Assembly (NCBI GenBank): GCA_023229435.1
Contig: JALNZF010000014.1
Span: 1,445-65,444, forward strand
DNA length: 64,000 nucleotides
Direction of reading: 5' to 3'
Source of the DNA: Nitrospirota bacterium
GTDB lineage: Bacteria; Nitrospirota; UBA9217
The position numbers and the translations under genes were made by a program. This document shows, one piece after another, positions 29,589-40,784 of this stretch (within the stretch, counting starts at the first letter, position 1; each line of letters opens with the position of its first letter). The notes under the pieces are model-generated. The model ran no database searches. It saw nothing but the letters and a program-made list of their open reading frames with translations, and was not told where the DNA came from.

Positions 29589-32500
29589 ATGGCATCACGT
29601 CCCGGCTCCGACCATATGCGTTATAAGATGGTTCTCCTTTTCATCATGCTTGCGCTCTGCATAGTATCTGCGGGATATCTGTACTACCTCACCCAAAAAG
29701 AACATATTAAAAAAAGCATCCAGAACGAGTTGTCCGCCATTGCAGACCTCAAGGTCGATCAGATCACCACCTGGCGCAAGGAGCGTTTGGGAAATGCCAC
29801 GGTGATCTTCAAAAACACGTTTATAGCAGCGGCGGTCCGGAAGTTCCTGGAAACTCCCGAAGCACCCGGGCTCAAACAAGAGCTGCTTGACTGGATGAAG
29901 TCCCGCGCGGAGACCTATGACTATAAAAGCGTTTATCTCGTTGATGCCCAGGGGATCATCAGGATCTCAACAATAAAGGGTGACCGGCAATCGCAGTTGG
30001 ACCCGCCGACAAGAAAAGCGCTTTCTGAAGCGTTTAACGCGAAACACGCGGTCCTCTCCGACATTCACAGCAAACCTGCCTCCACAGACATTCATCTTGA
30101 CCTCGTCGCCCCCTTCATTCTGCGCAAAGGATCTTCCGACGTCCTGATCGGAGCGATCGTATTCGACATAGACCCGCACTCATTTTTATACCCCTTAATC
30201 CAAACGTGGCAGGGTCAGAGCGAGACAGCGGAAACCGTTCTCTTGCGCCTTGAAGGACGGGATATACTTTTTCTCAATGACCTCCGCCATCGGGAACAAA
30301 CCGCCCTCACGTTCAGGATTCCGCTCGACGAATCAAAGATGCGGGACATCGATGCCGCCCGGGCCGGGAATAAGGGCGTTGTCGAACAACGTGACTACCG
30401 AGCTGTGCCGGTGCTTGCCACCCTGCGAGTTGTCCCCCAGACATCCTGGTTCCTGGTCGCCAAAATGGACCTCACGGAAATTTACGCGCCTATCGTCACA
30501 CAAGCCCGGCAGGTGACGTTCGCGAGCGTCCTCCTGATCGCGGCCACAAGCCTGGCCATCGTCTTCTGGTGGCGCAAAAAAATCACGGAGTACGCCCGGA
30601 AGCAGTACGATGCGGAACTGGCGAGCAAAGTGCTGTCACAGAGATACGACTACCTGAGCAAATACGCGAATGACATAATCCTTCTCTGTGACCCGGAGGG
30701 GAAAATATTAGAAGCAAATGACCGGGCAATAGCGGCCTACGGCTATTCACGCGACGAACTGCTCCGGTTGCATATCAGGGACATTCGCTCTCCAGAAACA
30801 TGGCCTGATATTACGGGACAGATGCAACAGGTGCGGGCGCAAAGCGGGATGATCTTTGAGACCGTACACCTGCGAAAAAACGGAGAGGCATTCCCGGTCG
30901 AGGTCAGTTCACGCCTTATCGACAGCGACGGAAAGATTTTATTTCAGAGCATCATCCGGGACATCACCGAGAGGAAACAGGCGGAAGTTGCCTTGATCAA
31001 CGAAAAGAACAAGTCGCAAGCAATCATCGCGGCCATTGGCGACGGGATCAGCATCCAGGACTTGGATTTCAGGGTCATATACCAGAACCAGGTCGACAAA
31101 AACCTCCATGGCGATCATATCGGAGAATATTGCTACCAGGCCTATGAACAGAAAGACCAGACCTGTGATAACTGCGCACTGGCGGCATCATTCAAGGACG
31201 GCATGATCCATACAACGGAGAGAACGGTCCAGACCGCCAATGGGCCGCTCCATGTCGAAATAACGGTATCTCCGCTTAAGAACGAATCCGGGGAGATCGT
31301 TGCGGGGATCGAAGCGGTCAGGAATATAACGGGACGAAAACAGCTGGAAAATTCGCTGAGAGAGCGTAATGTCTTTATAGAAGCGGTCATGGACAACCTG
31401 CCGATCGGACTTGGGGTGAACGATATCAAGAACGGCAAAGCGATCTATATGAACTCCGCCTTTGAAGAGATCTATGGCTGGCCGGATACGGTTCTGGTGA
31501 ATGTAACGGAATTCTTCAGTCATGTGTATCCTGATCCTGTTCAGAGAAAAGCAATAAAGGAGAGAATAATCACTGATATCGCCACGGGCGATCCATCGCG
31601 TATGCGATGGGAAAACATGGAAATTACGACGATGACCGGAAAAAAGAAGCTTGTCAATGCCGTCAATATTCCCGTATTCGAGCAGAACATGATGATCTCA
31701 ACCGTTCAGGACGTCACCGCGCGCAAGCAATCGGAAAAGCGGCTCATCATGTTGAACGAGTGTCTTTTAAGTTTCGGTCCGAACCCGGATGAGAATATCA
31801 ACCGGCTGGTTGCCTTGTGCGGGGAACAACTGGATGCCGCCTGCGCGATTTACTATCGTCTGGAAGGGGACACCTTATACGCGCTGGGGCAATGGAATAC
31901 GCCTCCGGATTTTGAACCCAGAGCTAAACCCGAAGGCCATTTTTGCTACGATATTATAAAAAAAGGAGGACAGGATGTGTGCGTGATCCGGGACCTTCCG
32001 GCCACTTCCTACGCACAAACAGATCCGCACGTGAGCAGCTACGGATTAAAGACCTATATCGGCAAGGCCGTGTCCTTCGGCGGCGATTTCGTCGGTGCCC
32101 TCTGTACTGCCTATCAGATCGACCCCATGCTTTCCGATGTTGAGCTGAAATTTCTGGAAATAGTTGCATCCGCTGTCGGCGTCGAGGAAAGCCGCAAAGA
32201 GACGATCAGCGCCTTGCGGGAAAGTGAAAACCGCTACAAGCGGCTCGTCAGATCAGTGACCGATTATATCGTTACCATCGACGTTGAGAATGGGCGCGCC
32301 ATCGCAACGTATCACAGCCCGGGGTGTGTAACCGTAACCGGCTACACCTCGAATGAATACAATGCAGACCCAGGCCTCTGGTACCGCATGATATTCGATG
32401 GGGACAGGAATACCGTCATCGAACAGACGAACGCGGTCCTGTCCGGGGCGCCCGCCGCTCCCTTTGAGCACAGGATCATTCACAAGGACGGCTCTATCCG

Positions 32501-33740
32501 CTGGGTCAGGCACACGCCGGTTTCGCGCGCCGACGGCACAGAACAGGTGATCACCGTGGATAGCCTGATCACCGACATCACTCAGCTGAAACTGCTCGAA
32601 AACCAGCTGCGCCAGGCGCAGAAGATGGAGGCTGTCGGTCAGCTGGCAGGCGGGATAGCTCATGACTTCAATAATATCCTGACGGCGATCATCGGATACA
32701 GCCACCTTCTCCTGATGAAAATGGATGCGGGCAATCCGGATCGTCCCTTTGTGCAGCACATCATTGCATCATCAGAACGGGCGGCGCATCTGACGCAAAG
32801 CCTTCTTTCCTTCAGCCGGAAGCAGGTCATCGACCTGAAGCCGATCGACCTGAACGACATCATCGGGCGGACGGAACATCTGCTGGGAAGAATCATCGGC
32901 GAGGACATCGAATTCAAGACCATGCTCGCGGAAGAAGGCCTGCCGGTGCTGGCCGACGGCATGCACATCGAACAGGTGCTGATGAACCTCGCGGCCAATG
33001 CCCGGGACGCCATGCCGAACGGCGGAATGTTGCGCTTGGAATCGGGAGCGTTTAAAATGGGAGAGGATTTTATCAGGACCCATGCCTACGGCCGGCCCGG
33101 GACGTACGCATGCCTGTCGATAACGGATACCGGTATCGGCATGGATGAAAACATCAGCCGCAGGATCTTCGAGCCCTTCTTTACAACCAAGGAGGTCGGG
33201 AAAGGCACGGGACTCGGTCTCTCTATGGTATATGGCATCATAAAGCAGCACCACGGTTATATCGAGGTATACAGCGAACCGGGAAAAGGCACAACATTCA
33301 CGATATACCTTCCCTTGCTCGCCACGGCTGCCGTCGAAAAACCGGCCACTGCTCCCGCCGAGCTCGCGCGGGGAACGGAAACCGTGCTTTTAGCCGAGGA
33401 TGACAAAACCGTACGCGACCTCGCCGGACAGGTATTGGAAAACTCCGGCTATCGGGTCATTGCAGCCGCTGACGGTGAGGAGGCTGTGGGGAAGTTCCTC
33501 GATAACAGGAAAGGGATAGATCTCCTCGTATTCGATATCATCATGCCGAAGAAGAACGGAAAGGAAGCGTATCTGGAGATAAAAAAGATCCGCCCGGATA
33601 TCAAGGCCCTGTTCATGAGCGGATATACTGCGGACATGGTGTTCAAAAAAGAGACCCCCGAGACGGATTTTGATGTTGTCTTGAAACCCATCAGCCCTTC
33701 GGATCTTCTGAAGAAGGTTCGGGAGATACTTGATAGATAA
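29589..33740 (+). CDS. Large hybrid sensor histidine kinase (TM, extracytoplasmic sensor, multiple PAS, GAF, HisKA, HATPase, REC)
   Basis: Repeated PAS cores (..RDITERKQAE.., ..VRNITGRKQLE.., ..QDVTARKQSE..), H-box [12 protein letters not shown], receiver [23 protein letters not shown] 29589 has an AAGAGG RBS. The ORF-track start 29472 lies inside a repeat element. Confidence 0.9.
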   Translation: MASRPGSDHMRYKMVLLFIMLALCIVSAGYLYYLTQKEHIKKSIQNELSAIADLKVDQITTWRKERLGNATVIFKNTFIAAAVRKFLETPEAPGLKQELLDWMKSRAETYDYKSVYLVDAQGIIRISTIKGDRQSQLDPPTRKALSEAFNAKHAVLSDIHSKPASTDIHLDLVAPFILRKGSSDVLIGAIVFDIDPHSFLYPLIQTWQGQSETAETVLLRLEGRDILFLNDLRHREQTALTFRIPLDESKMRDIDAARAGNKGVVEQRDYRAVPVLATLRVVPQTSWFLVAKMDLTEIYAPIVTQARQVTFASVLLIAATSLAIVFWWRKKITEYARKQYDAELASKVLSQRYDYLSKYANDIILLCDPEGKILEANDRAIAAYGYSRDELLRLHIRDIRSPETWPDITGQMQQVRAQSGMIFETVHLRKNGEAFPVEVSSRLIDSDGKILFQSIIRDITERKQAEVALINEKNKSQAIIAAIGDGISIQDLDFRVIYQNQVDKNLHGDHIGEYCYQAYEQKDQTCDNCALAASFKDGMIHTTERTVQTANGPLHVEITVSPLKNESGEIVAGIEAVRNITGRKQLENSLRERNVFIEAVMDNLPIGLGVNDIKNGKAIYMNSAFEEIYGWPDTVLVNVTEFFSHVYPDPVQRKAIKERIITDIATGDPSRMRWENMEITTMTGKKKLVNAVNIPVFEQNMMISTVQDVTARKQSEKRLIMLNECLLSFGPNPDENINRLVALCGEQLDAACAIYYRLEGDTLYALGQWNTPPDFEPRAKPEGHFCYDIIKKGGQDVCVIRDLPATSYAQTDPHVSSYGLKTYIGKAVSFGGDFVGALCTAYQIDPMLSDVELKFLEIVASAVGVEESRKETISALRESENRYKRLVRSVTDYIVTIDVENGRAIATYHSPGCVTVTGYTSNEYNADPGLWYRMIFDGDRNTVIEQTNAVLSGAPAAPFEHRIIHKDGSIRWVRHTPVSRADGTEQVITVDSLITDITQLKLLENQLRQAQKMEAVGQLAGGIAHDFNNILTAIIGYSHLLLMKMDAGNPDRPFVQHIIASSERAAHLTQSLLSFSRKQVIDLKPIDLNDIIGRTEHLLGRIIGEDIEFKTMLAEEGLPVLADGMHIEQVLMNLAANARDAMPNGGMLRLESGAFKMGEDFIRTHAYGRPGTYACLSITDTGIGMDENISRRIFEPFFTTKEVGKGTGLGLSMVYGIIKQHHGYIEVYSEPGKGTTFTIYLPLLATAAVEKPATAPAELARGTETVLLAEDDKTVRDLAGQVLENSGYRVIAAADGEEAVGKFLDNRKGIDLLVFDIIMPKKNGKEAYLEIKKIRPDIKALFMSGYTADMVFKKETPETDFDVVLKPISPSDLLKKVREILDR

Positions 33741-33780
33741 TAGTTCGGAGTGATTAAATACAGTTCGGAGCAATGAGTTC

Positions 33781-33836
33781 GGAGTTGGGAGTTGGGAGTT
33801 GGGAGTTGGGAGTTGGGAGTTGGGAGTTGGGAGTTG
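33781..33836. repeat. Heptanucleotide microsatellite (GGAGTTG) x 8
   Basis: Eight perfect tandem copies, read directly. Preceded by related gttcggag units at 33743-33780. Confidence 0.95.
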
Positions 33837-34050
33837 GGAATGCACAATGAACTCATGAAATCTCTTTAAAGGCAATTCTCACCTAACTAATGCAAGCGCA
33901 TAAAATATTGTTACATGTAGGGCAAGGCTTTAGCCTTGCTTTAAGCAACCCTGAAGGGTTGCCCTACAAATGATATAACAACAATTATTGCGTTTGCTAT
34001 AATTACTCCGAACGCAGCCTGCCCTCGAACGTTTCTATCGGGGGAACTGA

Positions 34051-34467
34051 TCACTCCGAACTCTTCCTGCTTCTCAGGAAGGCGCCGAACTTCATATCCA
34101 CCTTCATGATATGGTCGACGATCCAGTCCACCACCACCTGGTTCGTGGTTGCGGACAGATCATAGGAGACGCCCTGCACCCGGGGAAGCGACGCCTGTTC
34201 CTTCAGATCGGCAAGCACCGCAAGATATTTTTTGTGGTCCTCCCGCTGCTCCTCCAACCCGCCATAGTTCGTATCGCGCATGTGTTTTTCCTCCTCGGAG
34301 AAGTGGACCCGCGCGTAATCATCCAGGAACTTGATCGTCCCGTCGATCTCGGACTTGCAGCGTTGCTGTTTTATGGCGATGACCAGGTTATTGATCCGTT
34401 TGAACAGTTCCTTGTGCTGGCTGTCGATGGTGCTGATGCCGGTCGCCAGTTTCTCCGTCCATTTCAT
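34051..34467 (-). CDS. Bacteriohemerythrin (hemerythrin-like metal-binding protein)
   Basis: MKWTEKLATGISTIDSQHKELF..HF..EE..M is the hemerythrin H..HxxxE..H pattern. ATG 34467 with an AGGAG RBS. The longer ORF-track N-terminus is translation of CRISPR repeats. Confidence 0.85.
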   Translation of the reverse strand: MKWTEKLATGISTIDSQHKELFKRINNLVIAIKQQRCKSEIDGTIKFLDDYARVHFSEEEKHMRDTNYGGLEEQREDHKKYLAVLADLKEQASLPRVQGVSYDLSATTNQVVVDWIVDHIMKVDMKFGAFLRSRKSSE

Positions 34468-34557
34468 GATAATTCTCCTGATGTCGCGTGGTGGATACTG
34501 GATAGTAACAAGCACGGGGAAGGATGTCAAGGGAAGGAGAATATATTGTGTCTGCTG

Positions 34558-37500
34558 TGGTTCATCCCCGCACGTGCGGGGAACATACGTCCAGATCGCC
34601 GAGACCTGTTCCGGTTTCCGGTTCATCCCCGCACGTGCGGGGAACATTTATATCCAGATGCAATTCGTGTCCATATCCACGGTTCATCCCCGCACGTGCG
34701 GGGAACATATTACCTGGACTGAGCGGGCAAATCCGAAAAACGGTTCATCCCCGCACGTGCGGGGAACATTTACACCTACCTCAGTTTAAAACCACATTCA
34801 ACGGTTCATCCCCGCACGTGCGGGGAACATTTCATAGCGATTTGCACCATGATCGGCATTGCCGGTTCATCCCCGCACGTGCGGGGAACATCGGTGATCG
34901 ACGAGGCCGCGTTCCACGACGATCGGTTCATCCCCGCACGTGCGGGGAACATGCCAAATTACAACGCCCAGCCACACCGTCCGGCGGTTCATCCCCGCAC
35001 GTGCGGGGAACATGCCGGATCTCCCAGCACGATCGATTTGATCGCCGGTTCATCCCCGCACGTGCGGGGAACATCATTGCGCGCGTCTCCTTACATTAGT
35101 TTTTGACGGTTCATCCCCGCACGTGCGGGGAACATGCATCTACCTTGTCACCAAAGCATTCCTTCCTCGGTTCATCCCCGCACGTGCGGGGAACATGACT
35201 TTTGTGCGTCTGAATGACAGCACATCCTCGGTTCATCCCCGCACGTGCGGGGAACATGCAGAAAAAACATCGCGTCCGCAGTCGCCAGACGGTTCATCCC
35301 CGCACGTGCGGGGAACATTGTTCATGTTTTCCCCCTGTAGGCTTTACTTCCGGTTCATCCCCGCACGTGCGGGGAACATATGTAGACCATCTCGTCAATG
35401 TCCATCTCGTGCGGTTCATCCCCGCACGTGCGGGGAACATTCTCCGGTGCCGGGTTGACCGGCTATGGATACCGGTTCATCCCCGCACGTGCGGGGAACA
35501 TCTGAGGGGAGAGGATAAAAGGGAAGGGAAAAGCGGTTCATCCCCGCACGTGCGGGGAACATAGCTTAACGCAAGGATCACCGCCGATATCAGCCGGTTC
35601 ATCCCCGCACGTGCGGGGAACATACAATAGAAGTGGTCGCCAGGCACGCGGGCATCGGTTCATCCCCGCACGTGCGGGGAACATCATGAGAACTGCTTCG
35701 ACGCGAGGATGACGGACGGTTCATCCCCGCACGTGCGGGGAACATTCGGTCGTGGATGTTTTTTTACAGAATGGGCACGGTTCATCCCCGCACGTGCGGG
35801 GAACATGGACTCACCGAAGGACAGTGGCTCTACCTCTACGGTTCATCCCCGCACGTGCGGGGAACATTCAAATATCACTACGATACTCCTCCGGAAACAC
35901 GGTTCATCCCCGCACGTGCGGGGAACATATCTCCGGGCTTTAAATATTCCGTCAAATGGACGGTTCATCCCCGCACGTGCGGGGAACATTTCATCTATTC
36001 GCGGCGGCATCGCCATAGACCCGGTTCATCCCCGCACGTGCGGGGAACATTGTGCTATGTCGTCCTCGTAAATATCCCCAGCCGGTTCATCCCCGCACGT
36101 GCGGGGAACATCCGCACAAGGAAAGGGGTAATGATATGAACTACGGTTCATCCCCGCACGTGCGGGGAACATGAGCCGACCGAGCCCCCTGCGTTCGGTG
36201 CAGGCGGTTCATCCCCGCACGTGCGGGGAACATATAGCAACGGGCAGACTCGAGATCAAGCCGAACGGTTCATCCCCGCACGTGCGGGGAACATAATATG
36301 ACTTTAATCTCTGCCTTGTATCGCACCGGTTCATCCCCGCACGTGCGGGGAACATCCGGAGAAAAGCCGGGGCACCGGCAGCACCATCGGTTCATCCCCG
36401 CACGTGCGGGGAACATGGAGGCCGTAGATGTCGAAGAAAATAAAACATCGGTTCATCCCCGCACGTGCGGGGAACATTAAAGCTGAGATGGCGTCCCGTT
36501 CGACAACGACGGTTCATCCCCGCACGTGCGGGGAACATCCAAGGCCGGTCAGTCCCCGCTGCGAAGCGGCCGGTTCATCCCCGCACGTGCGGGGAACATC
36601 TTTGCCGGCAGCTACAGATAGGTCTATTTCGCGGTTCATCCCCGCACGTGCGGGGAACATATATGAGGATGGGTCCTTTGGCCAAGAATAACCGGTTCAT
36701 CCCCGCACGTGCGGGGAACATTCATCCAGAAAAGAACGACGATGATGAACCCTCGGTTCATCCCCGCACGTGCGGGGAACATAAGTGCCCGCCATCACCG
36801 ATGAGGACAAGGCGCGGTTCATCCCCGCACGTGCGGGGAACATCTGGGGATTCGGGACAAAGTGGGCGTCGAAGCCGGTTCATCCCCGCACGTGCGGGGA
36901 ACATATAACAGTCGCGTTACGCTCATAATCCCGTCCCGGTTCATCCCCGCACGTGCGGGGAACATTTTTTGATCCACAAAACGGGCAGGGCTTCAACCGG
37001 TTCATCCCCGCACGTGCGGGGAACATAAGATCCCGAAGCCCGGCGGAGGCTATATCCACGGTTCATCCCCGCACGTGCGGGGAACATTCGGCGGTGGTCC
37101 AACATACTGCGTCGGCAACCGGTTCATCCCCGCACGTGCGGGGAACATGCCAGCTGCCGTTTCATGACGGCAAGCTCCAGCGGTTCATCCCCGCACGTGC
37201 GGGGAACATATTGAAACATTCGGGCAGGTCTTGCCCTGCGCCGGTTCATCCCCGCACGTGCGGGGAACATTCTGCTGGAGCAGCACCCCGGGGATGCTTT
37301 TGCGGTTCATCCCCGCACGTGCGGGGAACATCGATCATCCTGTGATGCCAAAGGGGAATCTCTCGGTTCATCCCCGCACGTGCGGGGAACATTTCAAGAG
37401 ACTCGGAGAAATACGGTCTAACATCGGTTCATCCCCGCACGTGCGGGGAACATTCCCACGTTATCAGCCAATATTGCCAGTGGTGCGGTTCATCCCCGCA

Positions 37501-37941
37501 CGTGCGGGGAACATGGTATAGGTTATGGCTTCATCGAGGCCGAACGCGGTTCATCCCCGCACGTGCGGGGAACATGTCCGCTTTCCAACCGGCCAATATA
37601 ATTTCTACGGTTCATCCCCGCACGTGCGGGGAACATTGACATGGGCGGCCTCCTTGTTACCGTTTGTTCGGTTCATCCCCGCACGTGCGGGGAACATGGT
37701 AATCACAACCCTCCCGAGCGCACTTTCCTCGGTTCATCCCCGCACGTGCGGGGAACATAACAATACCTGCATGGTAAAGTGAACCGCTGGCGGTTCATCC
37801 CCGCACGTGCGGGGAACATGAGGTGTTTCAGGCCCAAGAAGAAATGAAGCGCGGTTCATCCCCGCACGTGCGGGGAACATTGCCGATAATTTATTTCCGT
37901 GAAATCGGTTGCCGGTTCATCCCCGCACGTGCGGGGAACAT
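34558..37941 (-). CRISPR. Type I-E CRISPR array with 56 repeats of 29 bp and 55 spacers of 32 bp
   Basis: The plus-strand repeat cggttcatccccgcacgtgcggggaacat recurs with a 61-bp period, checked at more than 20 positions. (37913-34558)/61 = 55. As transcribed it reads ATGTTCCCCGCACGTGCGGGGATGAACCG, with a 6-bp stem and 4-nt loop like the E. coli I-E repeat. The leader-distal repeat at 34558 has one terminal substitution. Confidence 0.98.
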
Positions 37942-38029
37942 ACTTCCGCTACCTCCCCGAAATCATGAAGCAATTTCGAGGGTCAGTAATCTACCGAACA
38001 AAATGCCATAAAACTACCCATCACGTCAC
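37942..38029 (-). promoter_or_regulatory. CRISPR leader (88 bp between the cas2 stop and the first repeat)
   Basis: Position and orientation match the I-E layout cas1-cas2-leader-array. It is more AT-rich than its flanks. No promoter was mapped. Confidence 0.6.
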
Positions 38030-39239
<1,210 letters not shown>

Positions 39240-39292
39240 AATGATGTCACTTCCTTCTTGACTTCATATACGGCATTGCCGTATACTTGGTC

Positions 39293-39616
39293 ATGCTCTG
39301 GGAATTCATTGAACTGCCGCCCTTTGCCGAATTGAGAGACGCACTGTTTACCGATGACGAGTTTATCTCTCTGCAAGAATTTCTGTGCGAGCATCCCGAA
39401 ACGGGCGATGTCATCCCCGGAACTGGAGGCTGCCGCAAAATGCGCTGGGCCGCCAAAGGAAAAGGGAAACGCGGCGGCGCACGAGTCATCTATTATCTCC
39501 GGACTGCTGAAGGACAGATCGTTCTGGTCACGGCATACGGAAAAGGAGATCGCGACGACGTGCCACGGCCATGGCTGAAACGAATCAAGGAGGTGTTTGA
39601 ACGTGAGCAAAGCTAA
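39293..39616 (+). CDS. higB: HigB-2/RelE-family type II toxin
   Basis: ..LGDVIPGTGGCRKMRWAAKGKGKRGGARVIYY..VLVTAYGK..REQS matches the V. cholerae HigB-2 pattern (GDVI.GTGGLRK.R....GKGKRGG.R.IYY). ATG 39293. Confidence 0.85.
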   Translation: MLWEFIELPPFAELRDALFTDDEFISLQEFLCEHPETGDVIPGTGGCRKMRWAAKGKGKRGGARVIYYLRTAEGQIVLVTAYGKGDRDDVPRPWLKRIKEVFEREQS

Positions 39617-39959
39617 AGAAGCAGTACGCCGTTTCATCGAGACCATTGACAAAGGCGGTAAGGTTGAATGGGCGCGAAAGACCCGTTTCATTCCCAAACC
39701 GGATGGATCAATCCGCCGTTTAGTAACGCGCAAGGACGGGACCGTGGAGAAAGACGAAATCATTCCAGCGGATAGGGCGCTGGTGGCCGAAGCCCGCGCA
39801 AAGACCGGCCTGTCGCAGGACAAATTTGCAACGCTTCTCGGCATTTCCGCGCGCACCCTCCGCGACTGGGAGCAGGGCCGCCGGTCGCCGTCGGGCGCGG
39901 CCAAAACACTCCTCCGCATAGCAGCCAAGCATCCCGAAGTGCTGCGCGAGGTGGCGTAG
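39603..39959 (+). CDS. higA: HTH (XRE-type) antitoxin, HigA-2-like
   Basis: C-terminal GLSQDKFATLLGISARTLRDWEQGRRSPSGAAKTLLRI is the HigA-2/NadS-type HTH. AAGGAGG RBS lies 9 nt before GTG 39603. Overlaps the toxin stop. Confidence 0.8.
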   Translation: MSKAKEAVRRFIETIDKGGKVEWARKTRFIPKPDGSIRRLVTRKDGTVEKDEIIPADRALVAEARAKTGLSQDKFATLLGISARTLRDWEQGRRSPSGAAKTLLRIAAKHPEVLREVA

Positions 39960-40007
39960 CGATACATGTGATCTTCCTTCAATATCATCTTCAAGCTACC
40001 ATCGAAA

Positions 40008-40037
40008 GGAGTGGTACAAATTGTACCCCTCCTTTTT
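40008..40037 (+). terminator. Intrinsic terminator after the toxin-antitoxin pair
   Basis: GGAGTGGTA caaattg TACCCCTCC followed by TTTTT. 9-bp stem with one mismatch. Confidence 0.65.
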
Positions 40038-40054
40038 CTGTCTGCCGTAATGAA

Positions 40055-40135
40055 GGGTGGTGGCAATTTGCCGCCCTCCTTTCCCCGATTTTCAGTCAAC
40101 ATCATCCTGTGACAAAATGTCACGACTTCACATCT
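40055..40135. repeat. Roughly 80-nt direct repeat, copy 1 (hairpin GGTGGCAAtTTGCCxCC plus palindrome GTGACAAAATGTCAC)
   Basis: gggtggtggcaatttgccgccctcctttccccgattttcagtcaacatcatcctgtgacaaaatgtcacgacttcacatc. About 85 percent identical by eye to 40683-40763. Confidence 0.85.
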
Positions 40136-40485
40136 GTATTCATTGCGCATTCCTTTTTAACCGGGGGCTTTATTTTTGCCACAGCCTGTGGCAAAATTGG
40201 ACCGAGTGCGGGATAGGCGCGGTAAAAGGCTATCATCCTCCCTATATTCCGCTCGGAAAACCCTTTTATTTCAGGAAGCTCATTGCGGAGATCGCGCGCC
40301 AGCCGGGGTATGACCGCAGCTCCCCAGCCCTCCCTGTGCTGTCGCTCTTGAAGCATTCTACCGATGTCCCAATACATGTTGATCAACTCAGCATTGGCGG
40401 ACAGCATGGCCCGGGTCTGCCCCTGCCTGATGCGTTGTTTGATCTGGCCGAGCAGTTCGGCATAGTGGACAAATGGTTGCGGCAT
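40120..40485 (-). pseudogene. Truncated DUF1016/YhcG-family (PD-(D/E)XK nuclease) gene, N-terminal 121 codons only
   Basis: ..LLGQIKQRIRQGQTRAMLSANAELINMYWDIGRMLQERQ..EGWG..VI.RLA.DL..E.P..KGFS.RN...M..FY..YP is the N-terminal domain of proteins I recall as roughly 350 aa. The frame ends inside repeat copy 1. Good RBS (GAGGAG). Confidence 0.65.
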
Positions 40486-40682
40486 ATTTTGAACTCCTCA
40501 ATCAGCCTGTGGTTGAGAATATTTCAGTTGTACGATTTTATCGGACAACTGAGTTGTCGACATAATGTCTACGACTGAACTCCTCAAGGAGGGGGACAGG
40601 ATGTCCCTACCCTTTACCAAGCTCCACAATGAAAGAACCATTTATCAGCAACTGTCCGGTTATTTCGGACGGTTCGATAAAG

Positions 40683-40763
40683 GGGGGTGGCAATTTGCCC
40701 CCACCCTTTTTCCGGAATTTCAGCCAACGTCAGCCCGTGACAAAATGTCACGACCTCACATCC
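40683..40763. repeat. Roughly 80-nt direct repeat, copy 2
   Basis: ggggggtggcaatttgcccccaccctttttccggaatttcagccaacgtcagcccgtgacaaaatgtcacgacctcacatc. Confidence 0.85.
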
Positions 40764-40784
40764 CAACCGCACGAGCCCGAACGC

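Noticed and set aside
33781-33836. The heptamer array, and the Cys-rich repeat DNA at 54140-54660, as possible second CRISPR arrays
   Set aside because: The heptamer array has no spacers and is a pure tandem repeat. The Cys-rich repeats are in frame within a protein-coding gene and are diverged.
34468-34647. A 60-codon N-terminal extension of the hemerythrin ORF
   Set aside because: The extension is encoded by the first two CRISPR repeats and trailer DNA. The internal ATG 34467 has an AGGAG RBS and yields a normal-length hemerythrin.
34524-38011. About 20 plus-strand ORFs with recurring peptides SSPHVRGT / FIPARAGN / VHPRTCGEH
   Set aside because: They are translations of the 29-bp CRISPR repeat in three frames, joined across spacers that happen to lack stops. 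They are not genes.
40109-40123. GTGACAAAATGTCAC as a CRP/FNR-type site, since CRP regulates cas genes in E. coli
   Set aside because: The half-site spacing (6-3-6) does not fit TGTGA-N6-TCACA. It is kept only as an unassigned palindrome.
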